From Phoronis australis (taxonomy: Eukaryota; Animalia; Phoronida): a DNA stretch of 63,902 nucleotides. The notes below the pieces were generated by a model. The model was given only the letters and a program-made list of their open reading frames with translations. It did no database searches and had not been told where the DNA came from. Position numbers and translations under genes: made by a program. Below, one piece after another: positions 1 through 13,100 of this stretch; position 1 is the first letter of the stretch, and each line of letters begins with the position of its first letter. Location of the stretch: positions 248,099 through 312,000 of the forward strand of contig NMRA01000414.1 in NCBI GenBank assembly GCA_002633005.1, given 5' to 3'.

Positions 1-2627
1 TGACCAGATGAGAAGTGATTTCTGGTCTTGCAAAGAGCTTGCAGTTCCTTATTACTCGAGACGATGATCAACGACTAAAACAACACGCCGTGAGAAGCCA
101 ACTCGTAGAACCCGGTCTCAATGACCTTCAACCCCTGGGGACAGTTCATGAAAAGTGACTCAAGACAGAAATTTGGTCCTTTATAAATTACCTTAACTAG
201 CAGTTATGTGTATATTCTCAGAGATTGTGCACTTTTACTCAAATGAGATTTAATTATTTTCCACAAGTAGTTGTGTGGAGTGCAAGACCAAATTTTTTAT
301 TTCAGTCTTCAGTCCCTCTTTAAGAAACAGGCCCCTCAATCCACGTCCAATTTACATATGGAACATTAACATCAGTGGTCTAAATCAAAAGTTGTTTTTG
401 AGATGGAACGCAGGTTTATCTCCCCTTACGACTAAGTCCCTTGGTGATTAGTCACACGGCATATGACGGCTCATAGTAAATATGTGTTATGATTGTTGGT
501 CTTGGACATGAAACTATCATTTATTGATCTAACATGAGTGCTCGTTTCGGTTGAGCTCATTTTAAAGAACTCATTTAGAGAGCTCAAAACTATCAAATAA
601 TGCAATTTACACGATTTAAGTGAGGAGGTAATGGAATACAATCTGATGGAATTGCACTATTGCGACTGACACAATTTAATAACTAGAGATATTAGCTACA
701 TTTTAAATTGAATTGCTTCACTTCCTAGCACCAAGACAATTATAAGACTTCTAATTCTGCACAGGTATCACAGAAGTTTGTCATCTGAATTGGTCAAGAG
801 TTTGAGCACGTAAGACAAGCAGAGTCTGTTTAATTATAATGTTACATTGTTTATAGAGTCAAATTCGCATGGTTTAAATACCTAGTTTATGCCAATAGAG
901 TCCTCTGAAAGCTAGCTGCCTCTTAAAAAATTTCCAATGCTTGGACAAGCACTCAAGGATATTACAGATCACGAATTTGTAAAACAGGCTCTTCAAAATG
1001 AAGCTGATTTGTCAATTGCAATGCAATCAGGCAATTAGATGTACAGTTGTACTGGGATGGATACGAAAAGCTTATTTGTTGGCTTTACTTCCACACTCTG
1101 GACTGATTTAGACAGAAAAATGAAAGTTTATAGCACTGTTAATATCGCGCCATTCTCTGATTGCTCCTGAAGATTATTTCAATGCTTTGAAGCTGACAGA
1201 GTCTGTACAAATGTTTACTAGAACTCCCTGCAACACAAAATGCAAGAAACAGGCACATGGCAACAGACAGCAAGGCCAAAGAAAATAGCATAATTAGTTC
1301 TGGGCTGCAAACTTTTTGAAAGCCGATGCAGTGACGTGGTAAATTATTCAGTTTGCATAATTTTCAAGAGAAACTTGTTTGAAAAGTGACTGCCACTGCT
1401 CAAAAACTGAGTCAAAATGAGGTCATGAAAGAGGCGGCTGTCGCTGAGTTGCCAAGGTAACTTTTTCAACAAAAATATTGCTTTCATTACATTCATGTAG
1501 CTTTTGCAATAACTTCGACTGAAGACAGAGGGCGTTTATTATTAAATTAAACTGTGAGGTGCAGGTTTCAAAATGAACTGGGTGAAGACCAGGCCCAATT
1601 ATGCCATTTTCTTTTGGCCAATTAATTCATACCAGTTACTACACTATTACCTATAACATTATTTTCTACCGAACAGGATCCAAAAAAAAACAAAACATCA
1701 TCGTTTCCCTCATATTGTTTGTACAATAAAATCTCACCAATTTAGCACACAATACTGCATTAAGATGTCATTCTATTGTTTGCATAAATGATGGATGTGC
1801 CAAAATGATGCATAGAGCCAATGTGCGCTGTCATATTCAAATAGCTACCAAAAGACAATACTGTAAAAATGTGAACATTCGAACCGATAGTAAGAAACCT
1901 TGAAAATGAAAAAAGTGCAATTTTGGCAATTATCATTTATCGAATTTGGCGAGACTTTACCATATTCCAAATCACCCAAAATCTTCGCTTCCACAGAGAC
2001 CGCAACATTCAATGCCTTGAATCAGTCTGATATCTGTATAAACAGTAAAAAAACTCAAGAGCATTCTGCGAAACTTTCTTAAGGAATGTTTCACTAACAT
2101 CTCACTTCAAACATCCTGATCTTTGATTACTTGAGTATCTTCCTCTTTCCTGACCACTGATAACAATACGATGCCACACAATTTTGAATAAAATATTACG
2201 GCAAAAATACTTCAATTTGAGACAAAAACCCTAAAATTGCCATATTTCTATTTTTCAGAGGCTTACCACATTGTTGCAAATGCTCAAAATTTTATCAAAT
2301 ATTGTTTGGTAATGTAACTACACCATACAAACTATGCTAAAATCAAAGTAAATTTTCTTGAAAAGTTATCTTTGTTGAGAAATTTGACACAGTAAATGAA
2401 ATTTCACTTGTCTGCCATATTATGTCCTTAACTGAAGAATTTGAACCGTAATACTTAAATGCCACCATAAAATCAGCAGCAGAGCAAACACTATACATTA
2501 ATGAATGACTGAGGTTTTAATTTAAGGTCCTGCTATACCAGCGCAGTTCTCAAAAGGTTTGAACCTGTCGTAACATCTCATGAAACGAGCTGTTAACAGA
2601 CGGAACGGGGAGAAACTTTGCCAACAA

Positions 2628-3276
2628 CACGGGTGAGAAACAACATGACCGCCGGTCCTCTTAAATCGGACTGACTCACCCAAAACAGGACCTCCGGGAA
2701 TCAAATGGGACCGCCGCAACAGAAAATAGGACTGACGCACCTAAAACATGACCGCCCCACCAGAAAACAGGACCGCCTGGGACTGAACATGACTGCCGGG
2801 GATTGAAACCGCAATGACAAACAAGCTACCGTAGGCCTACACAGATCATACAATTTAGGTTAGCTTACATTGACCAGGTTCCTTTTTTCACCGATTCTTC
2901 AGTCAGCTCTTCTTCTCTTCTATGAGGTTGCGTACATGGCACAACAAATTATCGGAACTGGTTTCGTTTCGTCATAAGTTTTTAGTATTTTAATACCAGT
3001 AACAGAGCTCAATAGCTTTATTTTGGCGAGTCTTTACACTGCTAGCTGACCGGTTACGTCATAACCCACAGTATCATACAAAGGCCTTGATAACTATATT
3101 TTGTCCGGCGGTCATGTTCCGTCCACGGCGGTCCTGTTTTGTGGTGGGGCGGTCATGTTTTTAGGTGCGTCAGTCCCATTTTCTGGTGCGGCAGTCCCAT
3201 TTGATCCCTGGAGGTCCTGTTTTGGGTGAATCAGTCCGATTTAGAGGACCAGCGGTCATGTTGTTTCTCACCCGTG
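2628..3276. mobile_element. Non-autonomous TIR transposon with ~170-bp TIRs built of short internal repeats (CACGGG..CCCGTG termini; CMC/EnSpm-like)
   Basis: 2628-2800 is the reverse complement of 3104-3276; recurring AACATGACCGCC/AACAGGACC units; AA flanks on both sides. Confidence 0.8.
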
Positions 3277-3572
3277 AACAATGTGCCTCGAAGGCACCAC
3301 TGTTCACAAAAGTTCTTATTAAGATTGTACAACGCTTAGTCGGTTCTCACTTATTTTTCTTAGAAAATGAATCGTACTACTGAGAAGTTAGTGAGACTGG
3401 ACCTTACCTACAGTGTAACGTCACTAATGAATTGGTCACAAACTGAAGGTTAGTTCTCTAACCATTATTTTGTTCTCATTGATTTGTAAAGGCTGTAACA
3501 AGATGTGCGACATGTACGCACAAGTTCCTTGAGAGGGAGCCGCTGTACAACAATGGAACAACACCATGTTTT

Positions 3573-3578
3573 TTTATT
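3573..3578 (-). terminator. Candidate polyadenylation signal (AATAAA) for ClC-2
   Basis: Minus-strand AATAAA about 430 nt after the stop codon; actual use unknown. Confidence 0.3.
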
Positions 3579-4011
3579 GAGAATGCATTCATTGCATTGT
3601 GTCTTGCAATAGACGTCGTAGCACTGTGGATGTTTGTTCAGGCACTTGCTGTCGATTCTCCAACATCGGTTTTCTAAGCAATCTGTCATAGTAATACAAC
3701 CTGAGCATCTGTCTGACTTCCAGTGACTTACAAAATTCACAAGAGCATTCTACAGCCATGATGTCAAGGCACTCGCATGAACAAGTGCAATGCAGGCATT
3801 CTGAAAAGAGCACGTTGGCGTTCCGTAAACAAACGGGCCAACAATTACTGAAATGACAATTACCTGACCAACAGCACTTGACAGAAACTGGAAGACATCT
3901 ATATGCCATTTCACAAATGTTCTGCATCCATATTCACTCACACATACTTGCATAGATTTCTTGAATTTCTTGTTTGACTAAGAATATTCAATAACTGTGT
4001 CCGACATTCAG

Positions 4012-4194
4012 TCACACGTTGGTCTCCTCAACGTTTTGCTCAGATTCACTCGGCTTGTCTACCTGTGAGATGATTCGCCGTAAACTAAATAAGTCCGGCT
4101 GCTCTGGGACAAGCTCTGTTTCAAAATATTGTTCATTTCCGCCCTCTTCAGACTGGCCAATGCTTACGCCTGATTTCTGGAGTGCTACACGGAC
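4012..4194 (-). CDS. CLCN2: ClC-2 terminal coding exon (VRVALQK..EETNV*)
   Basis: gttccag| acceptor, 60 codons then TGA. Confidence 0.8.
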   Translation of the reverse strand, partial: VRVALQKSGVSIGQSEEGGNEQYFETELVPEQPDLFSLRRIISQVDKPSESEQNVEETNV

Positions 4195-7100
4195 CTGGAA
4201 CAGGTAACAGACCCCTTACAGGCATGTTAACAAACAAGTGATCATCTCAAAAGAACTTACAGGCTGGTACCCAACCACTCTACTCAGAACTTTGCTCAAC
4301 AGATGGCACTGTTACAAGATATTCTCACTTCATTTGTCTTTTTCAATATAACAACCCAGATCACCAGCAATGGCAAGAAATCACATCCATTTCAAATGAA
4401 GACTTTTGTTTCGTAAACATGTTTTGCAAACACCTTGTTCACCTCGCACCAGTTGTTTTAATCTTTTTAACAAGAAATGAACAAATTCTTAAATATAAGT
4501 CTAGAGTGAGGCATAAGCATATTTGGTTCTGGCCTGAGCCCAACTCATTTAAGAAGTGGCAAAAAGAGAACGCACATGCCTGCATCATTTGTTGCCAAAA
4601 TCCGTTTTTCGAAATCTTTACAAAAAACGTTTAACAACATTTTTAATGTAAAGGATTGTCAACTCTGCTATAATGACTTGGATAAATGAGTATGAATCTA
4701 TAGCGGACCAAGGTTTCATTTAGTGGGGGCAGCGAGAGACCCCCCAGGTCAACACCAGTACAGCCAATCATGTCACAGCAATACTATTTTCGGTTTTACT
4801 TGAGTAAAAGAAAAAGCATTGCCACACCACTGATATCAGGTCAAATTTTTCTGAAAAAAAAAAAACTAAAAAATATCACATCACCACACCATCAATGTCC
4901 TTTGTTCTGGCAGAGTAAATATGCCCAATAAAATTCTTGTCTCTCCTTTCCCATTATGAAGATGAAGTTTTGAACCAGTAATTGAGATAAACAATCATTT
5001 ACAAAAAAGTATTTCCAGACCACAACCAAATATACTTTAGGTCTGAAACTACAGCTAAACGACATTTTAAGCAGGATATTTTAATGTTGAAACTTTTGAT
5101 ACAAAAACAGTACGACACATGAAAGGTAACAAAACTCTTAGATTTACCTCCTTGAGGGCCACTACCCCCATTAGCCGGCCAACGTTGGTAACATACGCAT
5201 GACTGAGACCAAGCAGAGAGAACAATGAATGCACCTACAGTAGAGTAAAAGAACAGCAACTACTGGTAGTTTTCAAAATAATTTGGACAATGCTGAAAAT
5301 CAACAAAATTTTGGCGCACAAAACCGTGACTTAAGATCCATCAATTTTCGATTAGAATCCGTCTCACTTTTTGCTAAATCATGACAAAATTTCGACAGAT
5401 GTATCTCTGTCCACGATGTCCAAATCGCAACAAGTTGCTGAGCAAGTACATTACATCAGGGCTTGGAATGACCAATGACAAAAAACGCGGAAACTTTTAC
5501 GGCCGAAATCATGCCCGATAACCATTCTTGAAATGGTCAATGTGAACCTTTCCCCGACAAAAATCGGGAGGACTAAAAAAAAAACAAAAAAAAAACGTTA
5601 CCACCATCAGTAGCATGCGTCTGCGTCCTTTTAGCTCGCCCGTCCACTCCCAACCCACACATTTTTGGCTGCAGAGCGGTACTATTTGTCGCCGCGCTTA
5701 ACAATAACACGAGACGCCATTGAAAATCCCACCACGCTGTCCCAGATGCCCCGGCCATGTTGACAATTTACGTTCCTCCGAAATATAAAGAGCAACTTCC
5801 GCTTTTCGAGGTGAAAGTCGTCTGCAACGCCGCGGTAAGAAAGGAATTTGCTGCGCAAATTTTATATCAAATCCGATTTTTTTACGCGGAAATATTATAA
5901 AAAAAGTGGAAAGCACATTTGAAAAAAGCGGAAATCCGTGTTTCCGCGGAAAATTCCAAGCCCTGTTACATAAACAACAAGCGATTAGGCACAATAATGT
6001 CACAATAAACTCCTACAAAATTTGACAAAACACTATTTCATTGTCACAAAAGTTTGACTAAGCTGCCATATCATACCATATCAAGATGTTTACTCAAGAT
6101 TGTCAGAGTCTGACAGCATTCCGTCGAAGTTTGTCTCCAGCGTGTGAAACAATTAGATGAACCACATTTATTTATAATTTGTCCACGTGACATAATTGGT
6201 AAGAAATACATAAATCTAATCGTCCAACTTCTGGAGGCTTACTTTAACTTTTTTCCTAACATTTCAGAAATTTCCAATTCCTCACTAGAAAGAGCAAAAT
6301 TACCAAACTTTGCAATGTCGGTAAAAAATCATGCTTCCTTCATTTTTCATATTGAACAAGAGTTAATTCAAAGATTTCACAAGAAAATACACACCACTAA
6401 TAGTTCCTGTCATGCATTCAACACTTTACTTTTAATTTCAAAGTGGATAAATTTCAAAAGAACATAACAAAATATTCGTAAATTTCGAATAGCTGACGTA
6501 TTAAATATTCTGTCCGTGAGGTAAGACACACCTGAAGAATTAACAGGGGAGATAAAGAGAAGAGAGACCCTCAACAGTTATCTGAACCGTATTTTAATGT
6601 CCTTTTTGTGATTGCCATAAGAGATAAAAGATTGACAACATGAGATCACACTGTCACCTATACATTGTGTGAACACAATAAATAGTTGAAAAACACAATT
6701 ATACGACTTTGAACAGAACATTTATACACTCAGACTGTGCTCACATGTCACCTTATCAGGTGGCAGATACACCATGTGAACGTTTGATTTAACCGGCTTA
6801 TCTGCCATCTGAATCAGTTGTCCAACATGCTTTTTCATAAAACCAGAACAGTGTATTTGTCCCATACCTTATGTAAAGAAGTCCTCTCAACCAGTTGGAA
6901 TGGTGCAGGGTCAATCTGGCAACCATCAAAATTTATTCTCATTGTCAACTGTTCACTTTCCCACTGCTCTAGCTGAAAACAAAAATGTCAAAAGTTGTGA
7001 TTGCTGGATGTTACGGAGTGCACATAAAAATACCAACGTAAAGATAATACAGTGACGACTATTACCAGCAGACAAATACTTTCTAGTCTCTGGTGAGTTT

Positions 7101-10100
7101 GAGTCGAGCAGAAATCATTCAAGAACACCACACTTATTCATTTCTGTGTTTTAAACCACACTCTACAGTCTTACGTTAACCGAAATGAAGGACTCCAACT
7201 CTCCCAGTATGGCACTTTCTACTGTGTGTGACATAACAACAGGAAAGAACTTGTAGCACAAGTCACAAGATGGCAGAGCATGGTTTGAATTCTCAACTAT
7301 GATAAGCTGGGTATTACGTTATTTCTATTTTTCTCAGCTACGAATGCTGAAAGAATAACGGTTTGATGGATGGGCACTTTTATTACTTGTTCTAATGGAG
7401 GCTACTTGACATTGTAATGAGGCCATTCCTCTCCTGTACTAGGCCCAGAGTTTGCGTTAGTTATGTTTAAAGAACAGAATAAAAGTTTAAGTTCTCCAGA
7501 ATCTAATGTCCAACTTTTCTAACAAGTTTCTAAGGAATGCTTTCTGATTAGACAAAGCAACTTAAGACAGTCAAGAAAATGAACCAGTCTAAATCATTTG
7601 AACTGCACTTACATAATCAAAATAACTTATTAATAAGTTCCCTTGCTAATCCAATCTTTTTGAGCATTCTAACTTTAGTACCATCCTAAATTCAGGCCGG
7701 TCTAACTCATCTTTCGCATTGGACCTAAAATTCTCATGGTCGCGAAAGAATATTAGTTCATTATTCTAAATCCGTAATAGGAAAGGCCCTTCACATGTCA
7801 GGGGAACCAGCTTTACAGAACTAAAATCTCATACCTCATCTTCAGTCATGTCTATTGCACTTTGCTCCGGCTGAAAAAATAAAACAGTTTACGTTTAGTA
7901 ACAAAGTTTCCAAAGCTCATGCTACTGGATGTACAGTATGTGGCCAAAACAAACATCATCTGGCAATGACCATTATGTAATCATTACACAATTGTTTCAA
8001 CCAGAGTGGTGATGAGTCTGTAATGTATAGCTACGCCCCCAAAGGAGCACATTTCAGCGTGTTGTCATGACAACAACACCACACCATGTCCCGTGTGCAG
8101 AATCACTTAACCTGTTGTAAATTGCAAATTGCACAGTGGTTCGGATGATTAATAAGCATTATTAATTATTATCAAAAGTCGGACTTACCACAGAAATGTT
8201 ACAAGAATGAAAGCGTGGATATGTTTGATTTCTTTACAAAGAGCTGGGCGCAGATAACATGAGTTTGAGAAGTTTTTACTCCAACACACATCCTAAATGC
8301 AGTACACAAAGACAAATACTAGCTGAACTAATGCGCCTCCAATAGAGTAATTGTTATTCCGCTTTTCTATCAAAAGGAGCAAAACGAAGACAATGCAGTA
8401 AAACTACAATTTTGTAAACATTTGATTCACGCAAAATGTAATAACACTTCCACAGTTTTAAAAAAACAACCAAAGACCACACAATCAACTAAGGTGTAAA
8501 AAACATTTCAGTCATAAATATGTAAATGAGTGTAATTACGAGAGTGGTTCGTGGACATGGAAATCAAACCATGCAGACCAACACAACATAATACACTGCA
8601 AGTAATGAAGACGGCTAGCGTGCAGATTTGATTCTTTTCTATAAAGAGTCTAAAAGGTTAACACACGGAACAGAAACACATTCAAGCATCAAAGTCTATT
8701 TACACTGTGCTGCCAGTTTGCTGGTCAGCATTCCGCACTATACTTACCACTACTACGCGCACACGTTTGACCCAGTTGGGCTTGACAAAAAATTACCAAA
8801 GGTTACAAGCAGTGACTGACGAGATAACCACGGCTAAGTATTTGGCATTAATTTTCAGTGGACTCAGTGATACAGAGAAGTGCTAGCTTAAAGATGCTAT
8901 GTCTCATTAAAACCATGAATATTTAATATTGGAAGCAAGCACCACCTACTGAATATATGGAAAACTATGTGCACAAGTATAATCAGGAAACGAAACAATT
9001 TATATACTAACTAAATTGCAGTTTTAAAGAAAACACCACAACTGCTACACTTAAAAACAAGTGTGAACATATAAAAAACCCTAGTAATTCCAAACATTAC
9101 GAAATCGTTATTTGATAGTGAAATAAACAAATAGTAAAAACTGTGCCTTGTTTCACTAGGATGAAATATTACCATACTCATTTCCATGAAAATAGTCTCG
9201 CAAAACAAGACTTTCACGAGATTTTGATGGTAACTGGTTCTCGAATAGATTAAGGCACACTGGCGCACCTGGGGTTGCTTGCAAATTAGTACTTCATTTG
9301 CATATTCACAATTTAATGAGACTATGCATCTTTAATGTTATCTAAAGATCCAATTACAAGAACAATGGTGTAAAGTGTATCTTACATTACTAAACTTGGA
9401 TTTTTGCTATGTTTTTGTTTTCTTGGTACTAGGCCAAGCACGCTTGATCTCAAAACGATGGAAAACAAGCTGCTCTCTCGTGTTTCATTACAAATTAACA
9501 AACAGTATTGATCAGTATTTTTATTCCTACAGGGTGTTTCAAAATTACAGGACACATCTTAAATAAGAATAACTCCAAAATGGTGAGTAGCATACCCTAT
9601 GCTAGTTTTTACTCTTATAGCGTTTGAAAATTATAATCTTCAAATGGATGCCTCTGGAGCGTGAACACTCAATTGCTCTTTTTGTTTACCATCGACAACC
9701 ACGGCATTACCAAAATGTGGTAATTTTTCTCCTGAAACTTACCTCAGCCTGCTCTGCACTAATGGATGTACCCGATTTCACTTGATTATTTTTGTGGGTA
9801 TACTTAAAATTGCTTTTTCTCCAAATTAAGCTGCCAAAAAATGAAAAATGAAATAAGCCACCTTCACTTAATAAAGTCATAATATTCCTTACCCTGACAA
9901 TATCATCGTTAACAACAAGTTGAAAACCATCAGTAACTCAAAAAATGCTTCAGAGTACATCGGAGTTGGATAACCCTAAAAACTGTGAATTAAAAAATGA
10001 CACGTGATTTGAGTTGTCAGCTCATTTGGCAATAATTCAGATATGGCCAAGAATTCAACATGAACAGCGGAAAATCCTTTAAACTAAAGAGACTACATGG

Positions 10101-13100
10101 ACAAACCGCAAGCAACATCAGAATTTAAGGATAGCATTCTTAGAGAAATTGGGAGCATACCGGGTAGTTGGGTAATGTAATGGTTGCTGTAGCAAATACA
10201 GCAAAATAGTGTTCACATGCCAGAGGTGTCCATTTGAATATTGTAAATTTCAAACGCTAGGTGAATAAAAATTCCCATGCCTTGAAAATGCTGAGAGCAA
10301 GAAATGTTTATTAAATAAATACATCTTCTTTTTTTGGCTTATTTTTATTCAAAATTTGTCCCATAATTTTAAGACATCATATTATGGAAATTGATAAAAC
10401 GACCATACTTACTTCATATTCAAACTTAGTTTAACACTTTTCATGATACATTTAAGACACAAAGTCATGTATTCTAAATTAAGCAAGATTACCTCTTTGC
10501 TTTTCTTTTCCACTTGTTTCTTGCCCAATATATCGGAAAGCGAGCGGCTTTTCTTTGGACGGTTGAACTGCGGGTCAGTAGGACTCTTTTTCAAAATTCC
10601 CCGCATCGGAAATGAAACTGTGTTGTGATGGTCAACTGGTAAATCACTGGCTGTCTTGGTAAACTAGATAAAAATAGTAAACATTATGTGCTTAAAATTG
10701 GATTAACTAACTTAAGCGTCATTAGTTAACAAGAAGATAGTAGGCGGTCTGATGCCAGAACTTTGCCAGACAGGTGCAGGCATAGGCCTGGCCCATTGCG
10801 CAAAACACCCAATTTGAAACTCATAAGAACGAAGTCATCAGGCTGTTACTGAGAGAGGTTCCAGAAGTCCGTAGCCACATTCTTCCTCTACTGGTGTTTG
10901 GCATTCAATCCAAGTTGATATTTACAGAGAGTGTCTACAGTCACCACTGCTTTCGCCTGTCTGGTCATCTCACTTAACTTTCCACCCAGAATTAATGATT
11001 CCCCTGAACTAGTCTGGTTAGCTTACATTCACTTCTGCCCGTGATAGTAGAAGTAGACCCCAGTGACTCCCCAAGCATGTGTACACATCCAGATAGCTTA
11101 ATTAGTCGCTCGAGGAGCTGACGAAAACCTAATTTTAAATTAGGCCAATTAAATCTCTCAAACCCCATTTCATTTGCTCTAAAGATGATGTGTTTGCCCT
11201 GAAAAGAACATTCAAGTTAGTATGCTGTCGTTCACGACACTAATGTCTTTATGAGAATACAAAAACAAATCTCAATCTCCTACAGTGTTAGCCAGGGATA
11301 AACTCAGGAAAAGTGGAGTTGGGCACAGCTCAGGACACTAAACAGATGTTACAAACTTAATGTTTTTTCAAACTCAACCATGATGTTATGAATATTACAC
11401 AAGAGGCAGATTTATGTGACAGTCAAGATGCTAATGTGTGGCAGTTGAATTTGATCTCAGCTCTTCCCATTGATAAAATCTGAAACAACATCCTGTCCTG
11501 ACTAGGACTTCAACTTGATGCCTTCTCCTGGCGTTGCATAAGTTCTGTTCCAGTGACCACTAGAATGATGAACAGTCCAACTTCACTAGAATTTCACCAC
11601 TTTTGGACAAAAAATAATTGCCAAAATTGCCCATTTTAATATAATTCAAGGGCTTTTTAAAAACTGTTGTGGATGTCCTCAAATAGTTTGAAGGCAGATA
11701 TGGTGCACAACTTGAAAAGAGTAAAGCAGTCACTTGATGGTGCTTAAATTTTATTAAAAAAATTAGAAAACTTATCTAGATTTCATTTGTCCGCCATATA
11801 ATATTAATAACAGTTATGAGTCTCTTTGCTGAAGTCACATGACAAAAGGTACTATCTCCCCATAGCTCTCACCTTGGAGTGCACATCAACTCTAGCACTT
11901 TTCTTGGCAGGACTCTCCTCTTCCGGAGGTAAAGAAACCTTTGTCACCTCAAACCGACTCTTCTTAACAAGGGGTTTCTGTTCAGGAGCTGCCTTGGGAA
12001 CGTGAATTTCCTCGAGGTCACTGCCGTCAGATGCGGAGGCTGTGGCAGCCTTCTCCGCCTCTTTCAGAGCTGCTGCCTTGGCCAATAGGCGGCGCTCTAC
12101 ACTCAATTGCGTGGCCATCAGATATTCCAACTGAGGACGTTGGATGGAACCCAACAGAATCATGGACTCTAAAATATCATGAATGAAGTAAATGATTAAG
12201 TATACAAACATGTATTTCTTAAACCGGTGTGGAAATGTGTATCCCATACATTGTTAAGTGAGGTCAGCACACCACCTGTTGGCCACATCACGCGATCTGA
12301 TGAATATGAAGTCTGAACAGATTTTTGCCCTAATCGAGACTCGAACCCGTGACCTTTTGCTAACCGTGTACTTAATTCATTAGGTTTCGTGATGTGGCCA
12401 CAGGTAGCGTGCTGACCAGACTTAAAATTTTTGTGATAAATCATCAAGTATTTCAACTTAAAAAATGGTGATAACAAAAGATTTTTTGAAAATTAAGTTT
12501 ATGCTCTTTTTAAAATCAAGTTGCTAAGGGCATTAGGAAATCAATTTTTCATGCTCTTATAATAAGGATAAGAAACAAAATTAAGCTGCAAACTTAATTT
12601 TAAAACTATCCAGAAAAACACATAGATCTAGAACAAGGAAGTTAAAAATAAACACAAACGAAAAAGCAAGAAGCATAAAAGAGGGAATGAAGGACAAACA
12701 CAAAAACTGGAGGTGAGGTCAGAGAAGTTCAGCTGCAATGGACTCGGGACAAACCTTTAACCACATGGTATATTTACTTTTATTCGCGTAAACTTACAAG
12801 GCATGCCCAGCAAAGTTATTCCAGAACATGCTAGGCAGCTGTATTTAATACATTGAAACTTACAGTTAAAAGCCAATATTCACTCTTGGCTGACTTCCTA
12901 GATAAACCTATTTAACAAATCAATAACGTAGCCACTATAAATTGGTAGTCACTCAAAATGCCAAAACGGCATTGACTTCAAATTTATGGATATTTTACAA
13001 CTGGTCAGAGAATTCCGAGTAACGAGTATAAAATTAATGAAAACAATTTGTGTCGTCAGTCTGCAGATAACGAGATGACTATGGATGGAGAACAGTGCTA

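Noticed and set aside
3465-3953. Three overlapping Cys-rich minus-strand ORFs
   Set aside because: They lie just after the ClC-2 stop (3' UTR), show no recognisable Cys pattern or signal peptide, and Cys richness follows from TG-rich composition.
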